Part shown: positions 17,339 through 26,968 of the stretch, one piece after another | Layout of the letters: the number at the start of each line of letters is the position of its first letter | Numbering within the stretch: position 1 is the stretch's first letter | DNA from: Fimbriimonadaceae bacterium | GTDB lineage: Bacteria > Armatimonadota > UBA10988 | NCBI GenBank assembly: GCA_020850355.1 | Contig: JADZEX010000091.1 | Coordinates: 35,755-99,754 of the forward strand | Direction: 5' to 3' | Length of the DNA: 64,000 nt | The notes under the pieces: generated by a model | Seen by the model: the letters and a program-made list of their open reading frames with translations, nothing else | Told to the model about the DNA's origin: nothing | Database searches by the model: none | Translations under genes and position numbers: made by a program

Positions 17339-19252
17339 TTGGCGAGGTGCTTTCCGGGGGAGCTGCCACAGAGTGTGCGGACGCTGCCGGGCCGGGCGGC
17401 CGAGATCGCCCTGTTCGACCGGCTCCAGGCGCTGCCCGAGCCGTTCCAGGTGTTCTACAGCGTGCGCTGGCAAGGATCTGGCACGCGGGGCAGCCCGCGC
17501 GACGGCGAGGCCGACTTCGTGGTCGCGCACCCCGAGCATGGCATCCTGGTGCTTGAGGTGAAGGGCGGGCAGGTCGCCTACCAGGGTAACTCCGCGGGTT
17601 GGGTCAGTCTCACGCCGTTAGGGCAGGCCCGCCGTGGCTCGCGCGATCCGCTCCGCCAGGCCAGTGAGTCGCGCCACGTGCTGCTGGCGCACCTCTCCAC
17701 GAGCAAGGGCTGGCGACAGGGCCGCTTCACGATGGCCTACGCCGTGGCGTTGCCGGACATCGTCCTGCCGCCAGGTCTTGGCTTGCCGCCGAGTGCGCGG
17801 CCAGAGGTGATGTTGGACAGCGTCGCCCTGGCCGATCCGCAGGCAGCCCTGGAACGTGTCTGGCAGTTCTGGCGCAACCCGGCCACCGACCAGCCGCTGG
17901 GCGCGGACCGCCTGCAGCGTCTGGTCGAGCTGCTGGAAGGGCAAGTGCGGTTGCCGCTCGCTCCCGGGCGGCGGGCCTTCGACCGGCGGCTGGTGGAGCA
18001 CGTCTTGGCGTTCGTCGCGGAGCACCGCTCCGGCGCCGCGGCGGTGCGGGCGGTGGGCGCCATGCTGGGTCTGCTCGGTGTGCTGCTGGCCGGGGCCGTC
18101 GAACTCCGCACCGACCCACTGAAGCAGCATCCCAGCCTGGCCGCTCTCGACCTGCCGCCGGGCACGCGCCTGCTGATCACCGCCCGCCGCCACGGGCAGC
18201 AGCAGTTGGCCTGGATCCGCCCCGACGGCCGTGACTTCCGGACGCTCCGCCGAGCGGCCGCAGGACACTATCTGGGCGGCGCGGCCCTGGAGCCCGGCGG
18301 CCCGCGCCTGGTGTGCTGCGAGGTCCGCGAAGACAACCAGAGCGGCGCCCTGCTGGTGCTGGATCTGGCCAGCGGGAGCGCAAGCCGCCACGCCCCCAGC
18401 AAGGTGCCCAGCGAGACCTGTTGGCTGCCGGGCGGGCGAGCGGTCTACTTCACCGCAACGCCGCACCCCCTCAACACGGTGAAGCTGGACCTGCGCACCG
18501 GGCGTGAGACCGCGGTCACCGCGGTCTGGCAGAGCAACGGCCCGACGCTCTCACCGGATGGGCAGTGGCTGCTCCGCCAGCAGGGCGGGCGCGAAGACGA
18601 CCGCCTGTGGGTCGGTCCGGCCGACGGCCCGGAGTCGCGGCCCTTGCTCAACCTGACCCGCGCCTACGCCCCAGCGTGGAGCCCCGACGGTTCGCAGATC
18701 GCGTTCGTCGCCAGCCCCACCGGCAGCTCGGTCAACCGGCTCTACATCGCCAACGCCGACGGCTCCGAGCCGCGCCAGTTGACGGCTTGGACCGGCTCCG
18801 ACAGCCATCCTGCGTGGTCGCCGGACGGGCGCTGGATCGCCTTCTCCGCCGACCATCAAGACGACGGTGAGATCTACCTGGTTCGCCCCGACGGCAGCGC
18901 GCTGCGGCGGCTGACGTTCAACCGCGAGCTGGACGGTCAGCCGCGCTGGTGGCCGGCGGCGCCGTGGCGGCCAGTGGTCACGACGGTGCAGATCGCAGCC
19001 GATGCCGACCGAATCCGGCCCGGGCAGGTGGTGCACCTGTGGGCCACGGCGTGCGGCCGCGCCGGTGCGGTGCTGACCTGGCCGCGCTTCGCTTGGCGCG
19101 CCGTCAACGGTGGCGGCGTGCTGCGGGTCACTGGCCCGCGCACCGCGGAGTTTGTGCCGGGCAACGCGCCGCTGGACTACGACCCGCAGATCGCCGCGAT
19201 CAACGTCCGGTCGGCCACCATCCGCCTGCCCTGGGCCCGCCGCGGCCACTAG
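17339..19252 (+). CDS. NERD-domain protein with predicted TM segment and C-terminal PD40 beta-propeller repeats
   Basis: NERD signature GEADFVVAHPEHGILVLEVKGG; hydrophobic segment AVGAMLGLLGVLLAGAV; PD40-like repeats (PAWSPDGSQIAFVASP, PAWSPDGRWIAFSADHQDDGEIYLV). Start uncertain: TTG 17339 after GGGGAGGG, or ATG 17210. Confidence 0.55.
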   Translation: MARCFPGELPQSVRTLPGRAAEIALFDRLQALPEPFQVFYSVRWQGSGTRGSPRDGEADFVVAHPEHGILVLEVKGGQVAYQGNSAGWVSLTPLGQARRGSRDPLRQASESRHVLLAHLSTSKGWRQGRFTMAYAVALPDIVLPPGLGLPPSARPEVMLDSVALADPQAALERVWQFWRNPATDQPLGADRLQRLVELLEGQVRLPLAPGRRAFDRRLVEHVLAFVAEHRSGAAAVRAVGAMLGLLGVLLAGAVELRTDPLKQHPSLAALDLPPGTRLLITARRHGQQQLAWIRPDGRDFRTLRRAAAGHYLGGAALEPGGPRLVCCEVREDNQSGALLVLDLASGSASRHAPSKVPSETCWLPGGRAVYFTATPHPLNTVKLDLRTGRETAVTAVWQSNGPTLSPDGQWLLRQQGGREDDRLWVGPADGPESRPLLNLTRAYAPAWSPDGSQIAFVASPTGSSVNRLYIANADGSEPRQLTAWTGSDSHPAWSPDGRWIAFSADHQDDGEIYLVRPDGSALRRLTFNRELDGQPRWWPAAPWRPVVTTVQIAADADRIRPGQVVHLWATACGRAGAVLTWPRFAWRAVNGGGVLRVTGPRTAEFVPGNAPLDYDPQIAAINVRSATIRLPWARRGH

Positions 19253-19303
19253 CCCTGCGGCAGGCGTGCTCGGACCGCGCCTCCGAGCGGCTGTGCAGCG
19301 GCG

Positions 19304-19427
19304 CTGTTTCACGTGAAACTCGCGCCGGGCCCCGCCGCCCCCGCGCTGTTTCACGTGAAACAGACAGCCGCCGCGATGGCCCGCAGCGATCCAGCAGCCG
19401 GGCTGTCGCCCGTTTCACGTGAAACAG
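19304..19427. repeat. array of 3 palindromic repeats at 19304, 19346, 19412
   Basis: Seen in sequence between the NERD gene and the homocysteine methyltransferase gene. Confidence 0.9.
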
Positions 19428-19472
19428 GCGGTCCGGAGGACAGTGCTATAATCGCCGCTCTGAGGTGATTCG

Positions 19473-21377
19473 ATGGCGGACTCGCGGCTGATGCAGGCCC
19501 TGACCGAGCGCGTGCTGGTGGGCGACGGCGCGATGGGGACGCAGCTCGTCGCGCGCGGCGCGGCCTGGTCCAGCACGCTGGACCAGCTCAACCTGACGCA
19601 GCCGGACCTGGTGCTGGCCGTCCACCGTGAGTACCGTGCCGCGGGCGCCGAAGTCTTGGAGACCAACACTTTCGGCGCCAATCGGTTGCGGTTGGAGCGG
19701 GCCGGGCTCGGCGAGCAGGTGGCAGCGATCTGCGTCGCCGGCGTGCGACTGGCTCGCGAGGCGGCGGGGAGCGACGGGTTTGTGCTCGGCAGCCTCGGGC
19801 CGGTCGGCCGCGACCTGCCGCGGGGCGAAGCGCCGCTGAGCAACGAGGATCTCGCTGGCGCCTTCCGCGAGCAGGCCGTGGCGCTGGTCGAGGCGGGCGT
19901 CGATGGGTTGGTGCTGGAGACCTTCGTCGCGATGGACGAGCTGGCGCTGGCCGTGATCGCCGCGCGTGAAGTGGCCGAGGTGCCGATCCTGGCCCAGTTC
20001 AGTATGCCCGACCGCCTCAGCGGCTCCGAGATCGACCGGGTGCTGCGGACGATGGTCAGCCTGCGCGAGGCCGGCGCGACCGTCCTCGGCGCCAACTGCG
20101 GCTTCGGCCCGCTGCATCTGGTGCAGGCCGTCGAACGCCTCTGCGGCGCCACCGACGCCCCGGTCTCGGCCTTCCCGAACGCCAGCTTCCCGCAGGTCCA
20201 GGGCGGGCGATACGTCTTCAGCGACCAGGTCGAGTACTTCGTCGCCGCTGCCGAGCGGCTGACCGCGGCCGGCGTGACGCTGCTGGGCGGCTGTTGCGGA
20301 ACCACGCCGGAGCACATCGCCGCCGTGGCGGCCCGCGTTGCCGGGCGCCCGGTGGCCGCTCGCCCGACACCCGTACTGCTGCCGCCGCCGCCCGAACCAC
20401 GGCAGCCGGTGGCGGCTCCGCCCGCGGTGCCGGCGTTGTTGGAGCCGCTTGGGCGGGAGCCGGTGGTGGTGGTGGAGCTGGACCCGCCGCGCGGTCTGGA
20501 CTACGAGAAGGTCCTCTTCGGGGCGCAGGAACTGGCGGCCGCGGGCTGCCACGCCATCAGCATCGCCGAGAACCCGTTGGCCAGCATCCGGATGAGCAGC
20601 ATCGCGCTCAGCTACCTGGTGCAGCGCGAGGTCGGCATCCCGGCGGTCTGCCACCTGACCTGCCGCGATCGCAACCTGCTGGGGCAGCAGTCGGCGCTAA
20701 TGGGAGCGAGCGCGCTGGGGGTCGACACGATCCTGGCTCTCACCGGTGACCCCATCAACCTGGCCGGCCACAACGAGGCGAAGGGCGTCTTCGACACCAA
20801 CAGCTTCGGCCTGGTGCGCATGCTCAACGACCTCAACGCCGGCCGCAACGCGCTCGGGGCGGCGCTCGAGCGGCGCACGCGCTTCACCGTGGGGGTGGCC
20901 TTCGACCCCAACGCGGCGCGGCTCGAGGCGGCCGTGCGGCGGCTCGAAAAGAAGATCGCCCTGCACTGCGACTTCGCGATGTCGCAGATGGTCTACGAGC
21001 CGACCCGGATCGCCGCGATGTACGCCGCCACGGCCCACCTGGCGTTGCCGATCTTCGTCGGTCTGATGCCGCTGGTCTCGGCCCGTAACGCGCGCTACCT
21101 GCACAACGAAGTGCCCGGGATGCGGATCCCCGACGAGCTGCAACAGCGCCTGGCCGCGGTCGACGGTGACCGGGCCGCCAGTCAGGCCGTCGGTCAGGCG
21201 ATCTGCTCCGAGCAGATCGACCTGGCGCTGGCCGCCGGGGCGCCGGGCATCTACCTGGTCACGCCGTTCGGCCGCGTCGGCCTGTTGGTCGAGCTGGTGC
21301 AGCACCTCCGGCAGCGCGTGCGCGAGGGTCTCTGGCAGCCCCGCGGCGGCTGGACTACCGCCGTGGCGCCAGCTTAG
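19473..21377 (+). CDS. bifunctional homocysteine S-methyltransferase / 5,10-methylenetetrahydrofolate reductase (YitJ-like fusion)
   Basis: Track ORF; N-terminal Hcy-binding domain ending in zinc motif GGCCGTTPEHI, C-terminal MetF-like domain. Confidence 0.85.
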   Translation: MADSRLMQALTERVLVGDGAMGTQLVARGAAWSSTLDQLNLTQPDLVLAVHREYRAAGAEVLETNTFGANRLRLERAGLGEQVAAICVAGVRLAREAAGSDGFVLGSLGPVGRDLPRGEAPLSNEDLAGAFREQAVALVEAGVDGLVLETFVAMDELALAVIAAREVAEVPILAQFSMPDRLSGSEIDRVLRTMVSLREAGATVLGANCGFGPLHLVQAVERLCGATDAPVSAFPNASFPQVQGGRYVFSDQVEYFVAAAERLTAAGVTLLGGCCGTTPEHIAAVAARVAGRPVAARPTPVLLPPPPEPRQPVAAPPAVPALLEPLGREPVVVVELDPPRGLDYEKVLFGAQELAAAGCHAISIAENPLASIRMSSIALSYLVQREVGIPAVCHLTCRDRNLLGQQSALMGASALGVDTILALTGDPINLAGHNEAKGVFDTNSFGLVRMLNDLNAGRNALGAALERRTRFTVGVAFDPNAARLEAAVRRLEKKIALHCDFAMSQMVYEPTRIAAMYAATAHLALPIFVGLMPLVSARNARYLHNEVPGMRIPDELQQRLAAVDGDRAASQAVGQAICSEQIDLALAAGAPGIYLVTPFGRVGLLVELVQHLRQRVREGLWQPRGGWTTAVAPA

Positions 21378-22612
21378 TCGAGCACCATGCCCTTCGGGAC
21401 GACAACGATGCCGGTCTCGGTGACGGTGAACCGCCGCCGGTCGTGCTCGGGGTCGACGCCGATCTGGTAGCCCTCCGGCACCCGCACATGCTTGTCGACG
21501 ATGGCGCGCCGAATCGTGGCATGGCGCCCGATGTCGACATTGCCGAAGAGGATACTGTCGGTGACTTCGCTGAAGCTGTTGACCCGCACGTGCGGCGACA
21601 GCAGCGAGCGTTGCACCCGCCCGCCCGAGACGATGCAGCCGGGCGCCAGCAGCGACTCGACCGCCATCCCGATGCGGCGCGTCTCCTCGACCGCATGGAC
21701 GGTGCGGGCCGGCGGCGCCGACCAGATGCGGGTGTGGATCGGCCAGTCCGGATCGTACAGATTGAACGGCGGGACCACCTGCAAGAGGTCCATGTTGGCG
21801 TCGAAGTAGCTGTCGAGCGTGCCGATATCGCGCCAGTAGCCGGTCTCGTTGGTCAGCGGGTCGCGGAACCGGAAGGCTTGCACCGGCATCTCACGCTGCA
21901 CCATCGTGGGGATGATGTTCTTGCCGAAGTCGTGCGCCGAGTCGGTGCGGGCGTCGTCCGACAGCATCCGCACCAGGTCGCGGGTGTTGAAAATGTAGAC
22001 GCCCATCGAGGCCAGGGCGATGTCCGGGTTACCGGGCACCGGCTTCGGGTGGGCAGGCTTCTCGTCGAACCCGATGATGCGGTCGGCCTCGTTGACGGTC
22101 ATCACCCCGAGCCGCGTGGCTTCGGCAATCGGGACCTCCATGCAGGCGATCGTCAGCGCGGCCCCCTGGTCGATGTGCGCCTGCAGCATCTGGCCGTAGT
22201 CCATGCGGTAGATGTGGTCGCCCGAGAGGATCAGCACAAACTCCGGCCGCTCCTGCTCGAGCAGGTAGATGTTCTGGAAGATCGCGTCGGCGGTGCCGCG
22301 GTACCAGTCGCCGACGACCCGCTGCTGCGGCGGGATCAGCTCGACGTACTCGCCGCGGATCAGGTTGAACAGCGGCCCCCACGCTTCGCGGACGTGGCGG
22401 TGTAGCGAGAACGAGCGGTACTGCGTCAGGACGTTGATCCGGAAAACGCCCGAGTTGAGGCAGTTGGAGAGCGTGAAGTCGATGATCCGGTAGAGCGCGC
22501 CGAAGGGCACGGCTGGCTTGGCCCGGTCGCGAGTCAGGGGGTAGAGGCGATTGCCGACTCCGCCGGCCATCAGCATCGCGACGGTCCGCTGCAACGGCGA
22601 CGAGGTGCTCAT
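21374..22612 (-). CDS. glgC: glucose-1-phosphate adenylyltransferase
   Basis: Track ORF; motifs LAGGVGNRLYPLT, LILSGDHIYRMDY; start ATG overlaps the stop of the upstream response regulator (ATGA). Confidence 0.9.
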   Translation of the reverse strand: MSTSSPLQRTVAMLMAGGVGNRLYPLTRDRAKPAVPFGALYRIIDFTLSNCLNSGVFRINVLTQYRSFSLHRHVREAWGPLFNLIRGEYVELIPPQQRVVGDWYRGTADAIFQNIYLLEQERPEFVLILSGDHIYRMDYGQMLQAHIDQGAALTIACMEVPIAEATRLGVMTVNEADRIIGFDEKPAHPKPVPGNPDIALASMGVYIFNTRDLVRMLSDDARTDSAHDFGKNIIPTMVQREMPVQAFRFRDPLTNETGYWRDIGTLDSYFDANMDLLQVVPPFNLYDPDWPIHTRIWSAPPARTVHAVEETRRIGMAVESLLAPGCIVSGGRVQRSLLSPHVRVNSFSEVTDSILFGNVDIGRHATIRRAIVDKHVRVPEGYQIGVDPEHDRRRFTVTETGIVVVPKGMVLD

Positions 22613-22974
22613 GCGGCGCCCCCACGGAGCACGTTCTGGACGGTGTCGATCAACTCGGCCGGGTCCGAGGATTTGACCACATAAGCCGCGGCCGACCAGC
22701 TCATGAAGTTGTCCTGGTAAGCCGAGTAGGCGGTGTTCAAGACCACTGGCAGCTTGTTGTCGATGTCCATCACCTCGCGCAGCAGATCGAGGCCGTCTTT
22801 GCCGGGCATGTTGATGTCCAGCACGACGACATCCGGCCGCCTCTCGCGAATCGCCTGCAGCGCCGCCTCGGCGTCGGCTGCCACCCGCACCTCGTAGCCG
22901 CGCGCGGTGAACACGTCCTCGTACAAGATGCGCTCGCTGTCGTCGTCCTCGACGATCAGGATTTCACTGGCCAT
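22609..22974 (-). CDS. single-domain response regulator (CheY-like receiver)
   Basis: ATG at 22974 (MASEILIVEDD...) with GAGGAG upstream; phospho-acceptor context VVVLDINMPGKDG; overlaps the 3' end of the kinase gene. Confidence 0.8.
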   Translation of the reverse strand: MASEILIVEDDDSERILYEDVFTARGYEVRVAADAEAALQAIRERRPDVVVLDINMPGKDGLDLLREVMDIDNKLPVVLNTAYSAYQDNFMSWSAAAYVVKSSDPAELIDTVQNVLRGGAA

Positions 22975-25900
22975 TGGTGCTCTCCTCAGCTTCGGCCGCC
23001 GACTCACCGTGCTCGGGGAGCGGCAGTTGGATGATGAACGTCGCGCCGTCGCCGGCGCGGCTCTCGGCGATCAGATTGCCGCCATGGTCGTTGACGATTT
23101 TCCGGCTCACCGCCAGGCCGAGCCCGGTGCCATCGGCCTTGTTGGTGAAGAACGGGTTGAAGATCTCCTCCAGCCGGTCGGGCGGGATTCCCGGCCCGCT
23201 GTCGCCAACGCGGATCTCGAGGCTCTTGCCATCGCGGCTCGGCCCGGTGTGGACCGTCAGTTGCCCGCCCGGCGCCATCGCCTGCACCGCGTTGCGGACT
23301 AGATTCAGGACCACCTGCTTGATCTTCCCACCGTCCACCTCCACCTGCGGGAGGTCATCGGCCAAGGTGACGCCGACCGTCGTTTGTGTATCCTCGAAGA
23401 CCGGCTGCTGCAGGCTGATCACGTCGCGCACGAGGTCATTGATCGACAACCAGGCCAGCTCCGGCTTGCCCGGCGCAGTGAAGTCGGCGACGTTGCGCAG
23501 GATCTGCTCCAGCCGCTTGACCTCCTTGACAATGATCGCCGAGCGGCTGCGCACGTAGGCCGGTTGGTCGGCACGTTCGCCCACCATCCGCGCGAACCCG
23601 CCGATGCTCACCAGCGGGTTGCGAATCTCGTGCGCCACATGCGCCGCGACCTGGCCGATGCCCGCCAGCCGCTCGGCCTGGGCCAGCTTGTTCTGCGTCC
23701 GGGTCAGCTCGTCGATCGAGGTTTCCAGCTTCTCGAAGGCCTGGGCATTGGCCAGCGCCACCCCGGCCTGGTTGGCGAAGGTCGAGAGCATCCGAATGCT
23801 GTCCCGGCTGATCGGGTCGCGGGTGAACAGGTTGTCGGCGACAATCAGCCCGAGCACCGACTCCTGCGACACCAGCGGCACCACCAGCAGCTCGGCCGCG
23901 CCGCTGAAGCGCCGCAGCTCGGCGCCCAGGGCGAGGTCTTCCTCATCGCCCTCGCGCAGCAGAATCGGGGCCCGCCAGCGGCGCAGGTGGTCATCTTCGG
24001 CGGCTACCGGCACCACCACGCGCGCTTCCTCGCGGGCGGGCCGCCGCGCGCCGCGGGTGCGGTCGTACTCGCGCAGAAACTCGCGCAGCGACTTCTTGTG
24101 GCCGAGCTGGTGCCAGATCTCACCCGCCTCGGCCGGCGAACTCGGCCCGACCCGGAGGCTCTCGACCAGCCGGTCGCGTTCACGGTCGTAGAGGAACAGG
24201 GTGGCGCGGTTGAAGCCGAAGCCCGGCCCCGCGGTGACGCAGGTCAGGATGGCCTGCAGCAGCCGCTCGCTGTCCAGCGTGCGTTGCATCTCCTCGCCGA
24301 TGTCCTGCAACATCGAGAGCTGGTAGAGCCGCTTCAGCCGCAGCGTGGCGTCGTGGAGCATCACGATCACGCTGGTCTCGTACTCCCGCACGATGCGGAG
24401 CCGCACATCGGCGTAGCGCTCGGCGCCCGCGAAGTCGAAGTAGCGCACCTCGCGCTGGTCGATCGGCCGCTGCGTCTCCTGCAGGCGGGTGACCAGCTCG
24501 AAGAACCGGCTCTCCTCCAGCAACGACGCCGGGAACACCTCGCTGGCGTGGCGGTGCATGATCTCGTTGACGCTCTGCCCAAAAAACTCGCAGTAGCGGC
24601 GGTTGACGAACTTCACGCGCAGGTCGTCGTCCAGCAGGATCAACGCTGACGGCACCGCCTCCATGATGTTGTGGCGCATCGCCTGCAGCATCTTGGTCTG
24701 CCGCAGGCTCTCGTCAGCCTCCATGCAGCGCGCCAGCAGGCCAGCCAGCGCCTCCATCGCGGCGCGGTCCAGGCGGTCAAAGCGGTTCGGCCGCTGGCTC
24801 TCGACGTCCAGCACCCCGAAGACCTGGGGCCCCAGGCGGATCGGCACGCACAGCTCGCTACGGACGTTGCGGTGAACCGGGGAGGGGTCGAAATAGTGCG
24901 GGTCCAGCAGCACGTCGTTGGCGACGTAGCTGGTCTGCGTGCGCAGCACCTCGCCGAACACGCCGACCGCCAACGGCTGCTCGAAGGACTCGCCGAGGGC
25001 GCCGCGGCGGTGCCCGGCCTGGGCCCGCAGACGGAAGACCTGGGCCTCCTCAGCGACCTCGTAGACCGCCACGTCGTAGTAGCCGAAGTCGGTCTGGATC
25101 GTGTCGACGACACTCTTCATCAACCGCTTGGCGTCCCCGATGTTGGCGATCGCCGCGGCGCCGACGCGGCTGATCAGCTCGAACTGCGCCGACCGCTTGC
25201 GCTCTTCTTCGTACCGGCGGGCGTTGTCCAGAATCACCGCGAAGTGGCTGGCCAGGTGGTCAAGCTGCAACCGGTCGGCCTCGTCGTACGCCTCCGGCCG
25301 GCGGTGCAGCAGCATCAGCGAGCCCATCGCCTCGGCGTTGTAGACCAGCGGGCTGATCAGCGCCGAGCGGAACCCGAGGTCGGCCAGTCGGATATCATCC
25401 GGGCCGGGGTTGCCGAGGGTCGTCAGGTCGCCGATGCGGAGCGAGCGGTGGGCCGCCAGCGCGCGGCCGTGGAGCGTCGCATCGCGGTCGATCAACCGCT
25501 CGCTGCCGACCACCAGCCCGGCATCGCCCAGTAGCACGCGACAGCGCAGCCGCTCGGCCTCGGCTTCGGGCAGACAGACGGTCATCGCATCCAGCGGCAG
25601 CAGGCCCTCGATCTGCGAGGCGATGGTCCGGAAGGTCTGGTCGCGGTCGATGATCCGACTGGTGGCGGCCAGGATCCGGTTCATCGTCTCCAGTTGCCGG
25701 GTCTTGCGCGCCGCTTCGCGCTCCAGGCGTTTCTTCTCACTGATGTCGCGGACCACCGCCGAAGTGCCCAGGCGCTTGCCGGTGTGCGGATCGAAGATCG
25801 CGGTGCGGGTCACCTCGACGTCGATCCGGCGGCCGTCCTTGGTCAGCCGGACGGACTCGAAGTTGCGCACGAAACCTCGTTCGTTGACCAGGCGGGTGAG

Positions 25901-26923
25901 CCGCTCGAGCTCGCCGGACTCGATCACCTCGGGCGGCATCAAGACATCGGCCGGCCGGTTGAGGATCTCGTCGGCGGTGTAACCGAAGACCTCGCGCGCG
26001 CCCTTGTTCCAGGAGCGCAGCCGGTTGTCGGTGTCGATCGTCATCACGGCTTCGGCCGTCTCGGTGACCGCGGCGCGCAGGTAGGCCGCTTCGCGCTCGG
26101 TCTCGGCCAGCGCCAGCGACTCTTGACTGGTGTCTCGCACGCTGACCTGGGCGACCTGCTGCTCCTCGTGCGGGACCATCGTGAGCTGCAGCATGACCTT
26201 GTGGATCTGCCCGTCGACGCCCTGGATCAGGACTTCGTCGAAGCGGCGCGAGCCCGCCACGGCGACCCGCCGCAGCGCTTCGCCGACCTCATCGCGCCGC
26301 GGCCCGACGACGAGGTCGGTGAACCGCGTGATGGCCAGTTGCTGCTGCGACAGGCCGGTCAGCTCGACCGCCTGGGCGTTGCAGAGCACGACGCAGCCGC
26401 TGCGCAGCTCGACCAGGTAGACCGCGTCGTAGGTGTTGTTGAGCAGGAAGCGGGTGAGCGCCTCGCTGTCGCGCAGCTTGCGCTCGTGGAAGGTGTAGTA
26501 GAACGAGTTGACGAGCACCCGGCTCTCGTCGATTTGCTCTTCGAGCAGATCGCAGACCGCGGCCCGGGGCTGGGTCTCGGGCAGTTGCTGCAGCGCGGCG
26601 CGGATCAGCAGCCGCTTGAGGATCCGCAGGCCCTTGCTGAGCAGCGCGTAGGGCACGCGCGCGTGATAGGCCTCTTCGGCGGCGATCGAAAGCTGCACCT
26701 CGGCCGCGGCGCGACCCGGACCTTCCAGGAGCTCCGGCAGCCGCGGCAGGAAGCCCATCAGGCCCTCGACCAGCCCGGCGCGGGCGACGCTGCCGAGCTC
26801 GGCCCCGAGCGTTTCGAGCGACGCGCGCCAGGTCGGTTCGAGTTGCTCCAAGACCCGGCTGACGCAGCCGGCGGCGGCCGCCCGGACCTCGTCTGTGTAG
26901 TGGCCGACACCCTCCTCGGTCAT
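22964..26923 (-). CDS. large multi-sensor (PAS/GAF) histidine kinase
   Basis: Track ORF, 1319 aa; H-box HVAHEIRNPLVSI, G-box GTGLGLAVSRKIVNDHGG; multiple PAS/GAF-like segments upstream. Confidence 0.85.
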   Translation of the reverse strand: MTEEGVGHYTDEVRAAAAGCVSRVLEQLEPTWRASLETLGAELGSVARAGLVEGLMGFLPRLPELLEGPGRAAAEVQLSIAAEEAYHARVPYALLSKGLRILKRLLIRAALQQLPETQPRAAVCDLLEEQIDESRVLVNSFYYTFHERKLRDSEALTRFLLNNTYDAVYLVELRSGCVVLCNAQAVELTGLSQQQLAITRFTDLVVGPRRDEVGEALRRVAVAGSRRFDEVLIQGVDGQIHKVMLQLTMVPHEEQQVAQVSVRDTSQESLALAETEREAAYLRAAVTETAEAVMTIDTDNRLRSWNKGAREVFGYTADEILNRPADVLMPPEVIESGELERLTRLVNERGFVRNFESVRLTKDGRRIDVEVTRTAIFDPHTGKRLGTSAVVRDISEKKRLEREAARKTRQLETMNRILAATSRIIDRDQTFRTIASQIEGLLPLDAMTVCLPEAEAERLRCRVLLGDAGLVVGSERLIDRDATLHGRALAAHRSLRIGDLTTLGNPGPDDIRLADLGFRSALISPLVYNAEAMGSLMLLHRRPEAYDEADRLQLDHLASHFAVILDNARRYEEERKRSAQFELISRVGAAAIANIGDAKRLMKSVVDTIQTDFGYYDVAVYEVAEEAQVFRLRAQAGHRRGALGESFEQPLAVGVFGEVLRTQTSYVANDVLLDPHYFDPSPVHRNVRSELCVPIRLGPQVFGVLDVESQRPNRFDRLDRAAMEALAGLLARCMEADESLRQTKMLQAMRHNIMEAVPSALILLDDDLRVKFVNRRYCEFFGQSVNEIMHRHASEVFPASLLEESRFFELVTRLQETQRPIDQREVRYFDFAGAERYADVRLRIVREYETSVIVMLHDATLRLKRLYQLSMLQDIGEEMQRTLDSERLLQAILTCVTAGPGFGFNRATLFLYDRERDRLVESLRVGPSSPAEAGEIWHQLGHKKSLREFLREYDRTRGARRPAREEARVVVPVAAEDDHLRRWRAPILLREGDEEDLALGAELRRFSGAAELLVVPLVSQESVLGLIVADNLFTRDPISRDSIRMLSTFANQAGVALANAQAFEKLETSIDELTRTQNKLAQAERLAGIGQVAAHVAHEIRNPLVSIGGFARMVGERADQPAYVRSRSAIIVKEVKRLEQILRNVADFTAPGKPELAWLSINDLVRDVISLQQPVFEDTQTTVGVTLADDLPQVEVDGGKIKQVVLNLVRNAVQAMAPGGQLTVHTGPSRDGKSLEIRVGDSGPGIPPDRLEEIFNPFFTNKADGTGLGLAVSRKIVNDHGGNLIAESRAGDGATFIIQLPLPEHGESAAEAEESTNGQ

Positions 26924-26968
26924 CGCTCGATCCTGCCGCCGCGCTTCGCCAAGGGGCGCGGCAACCCT

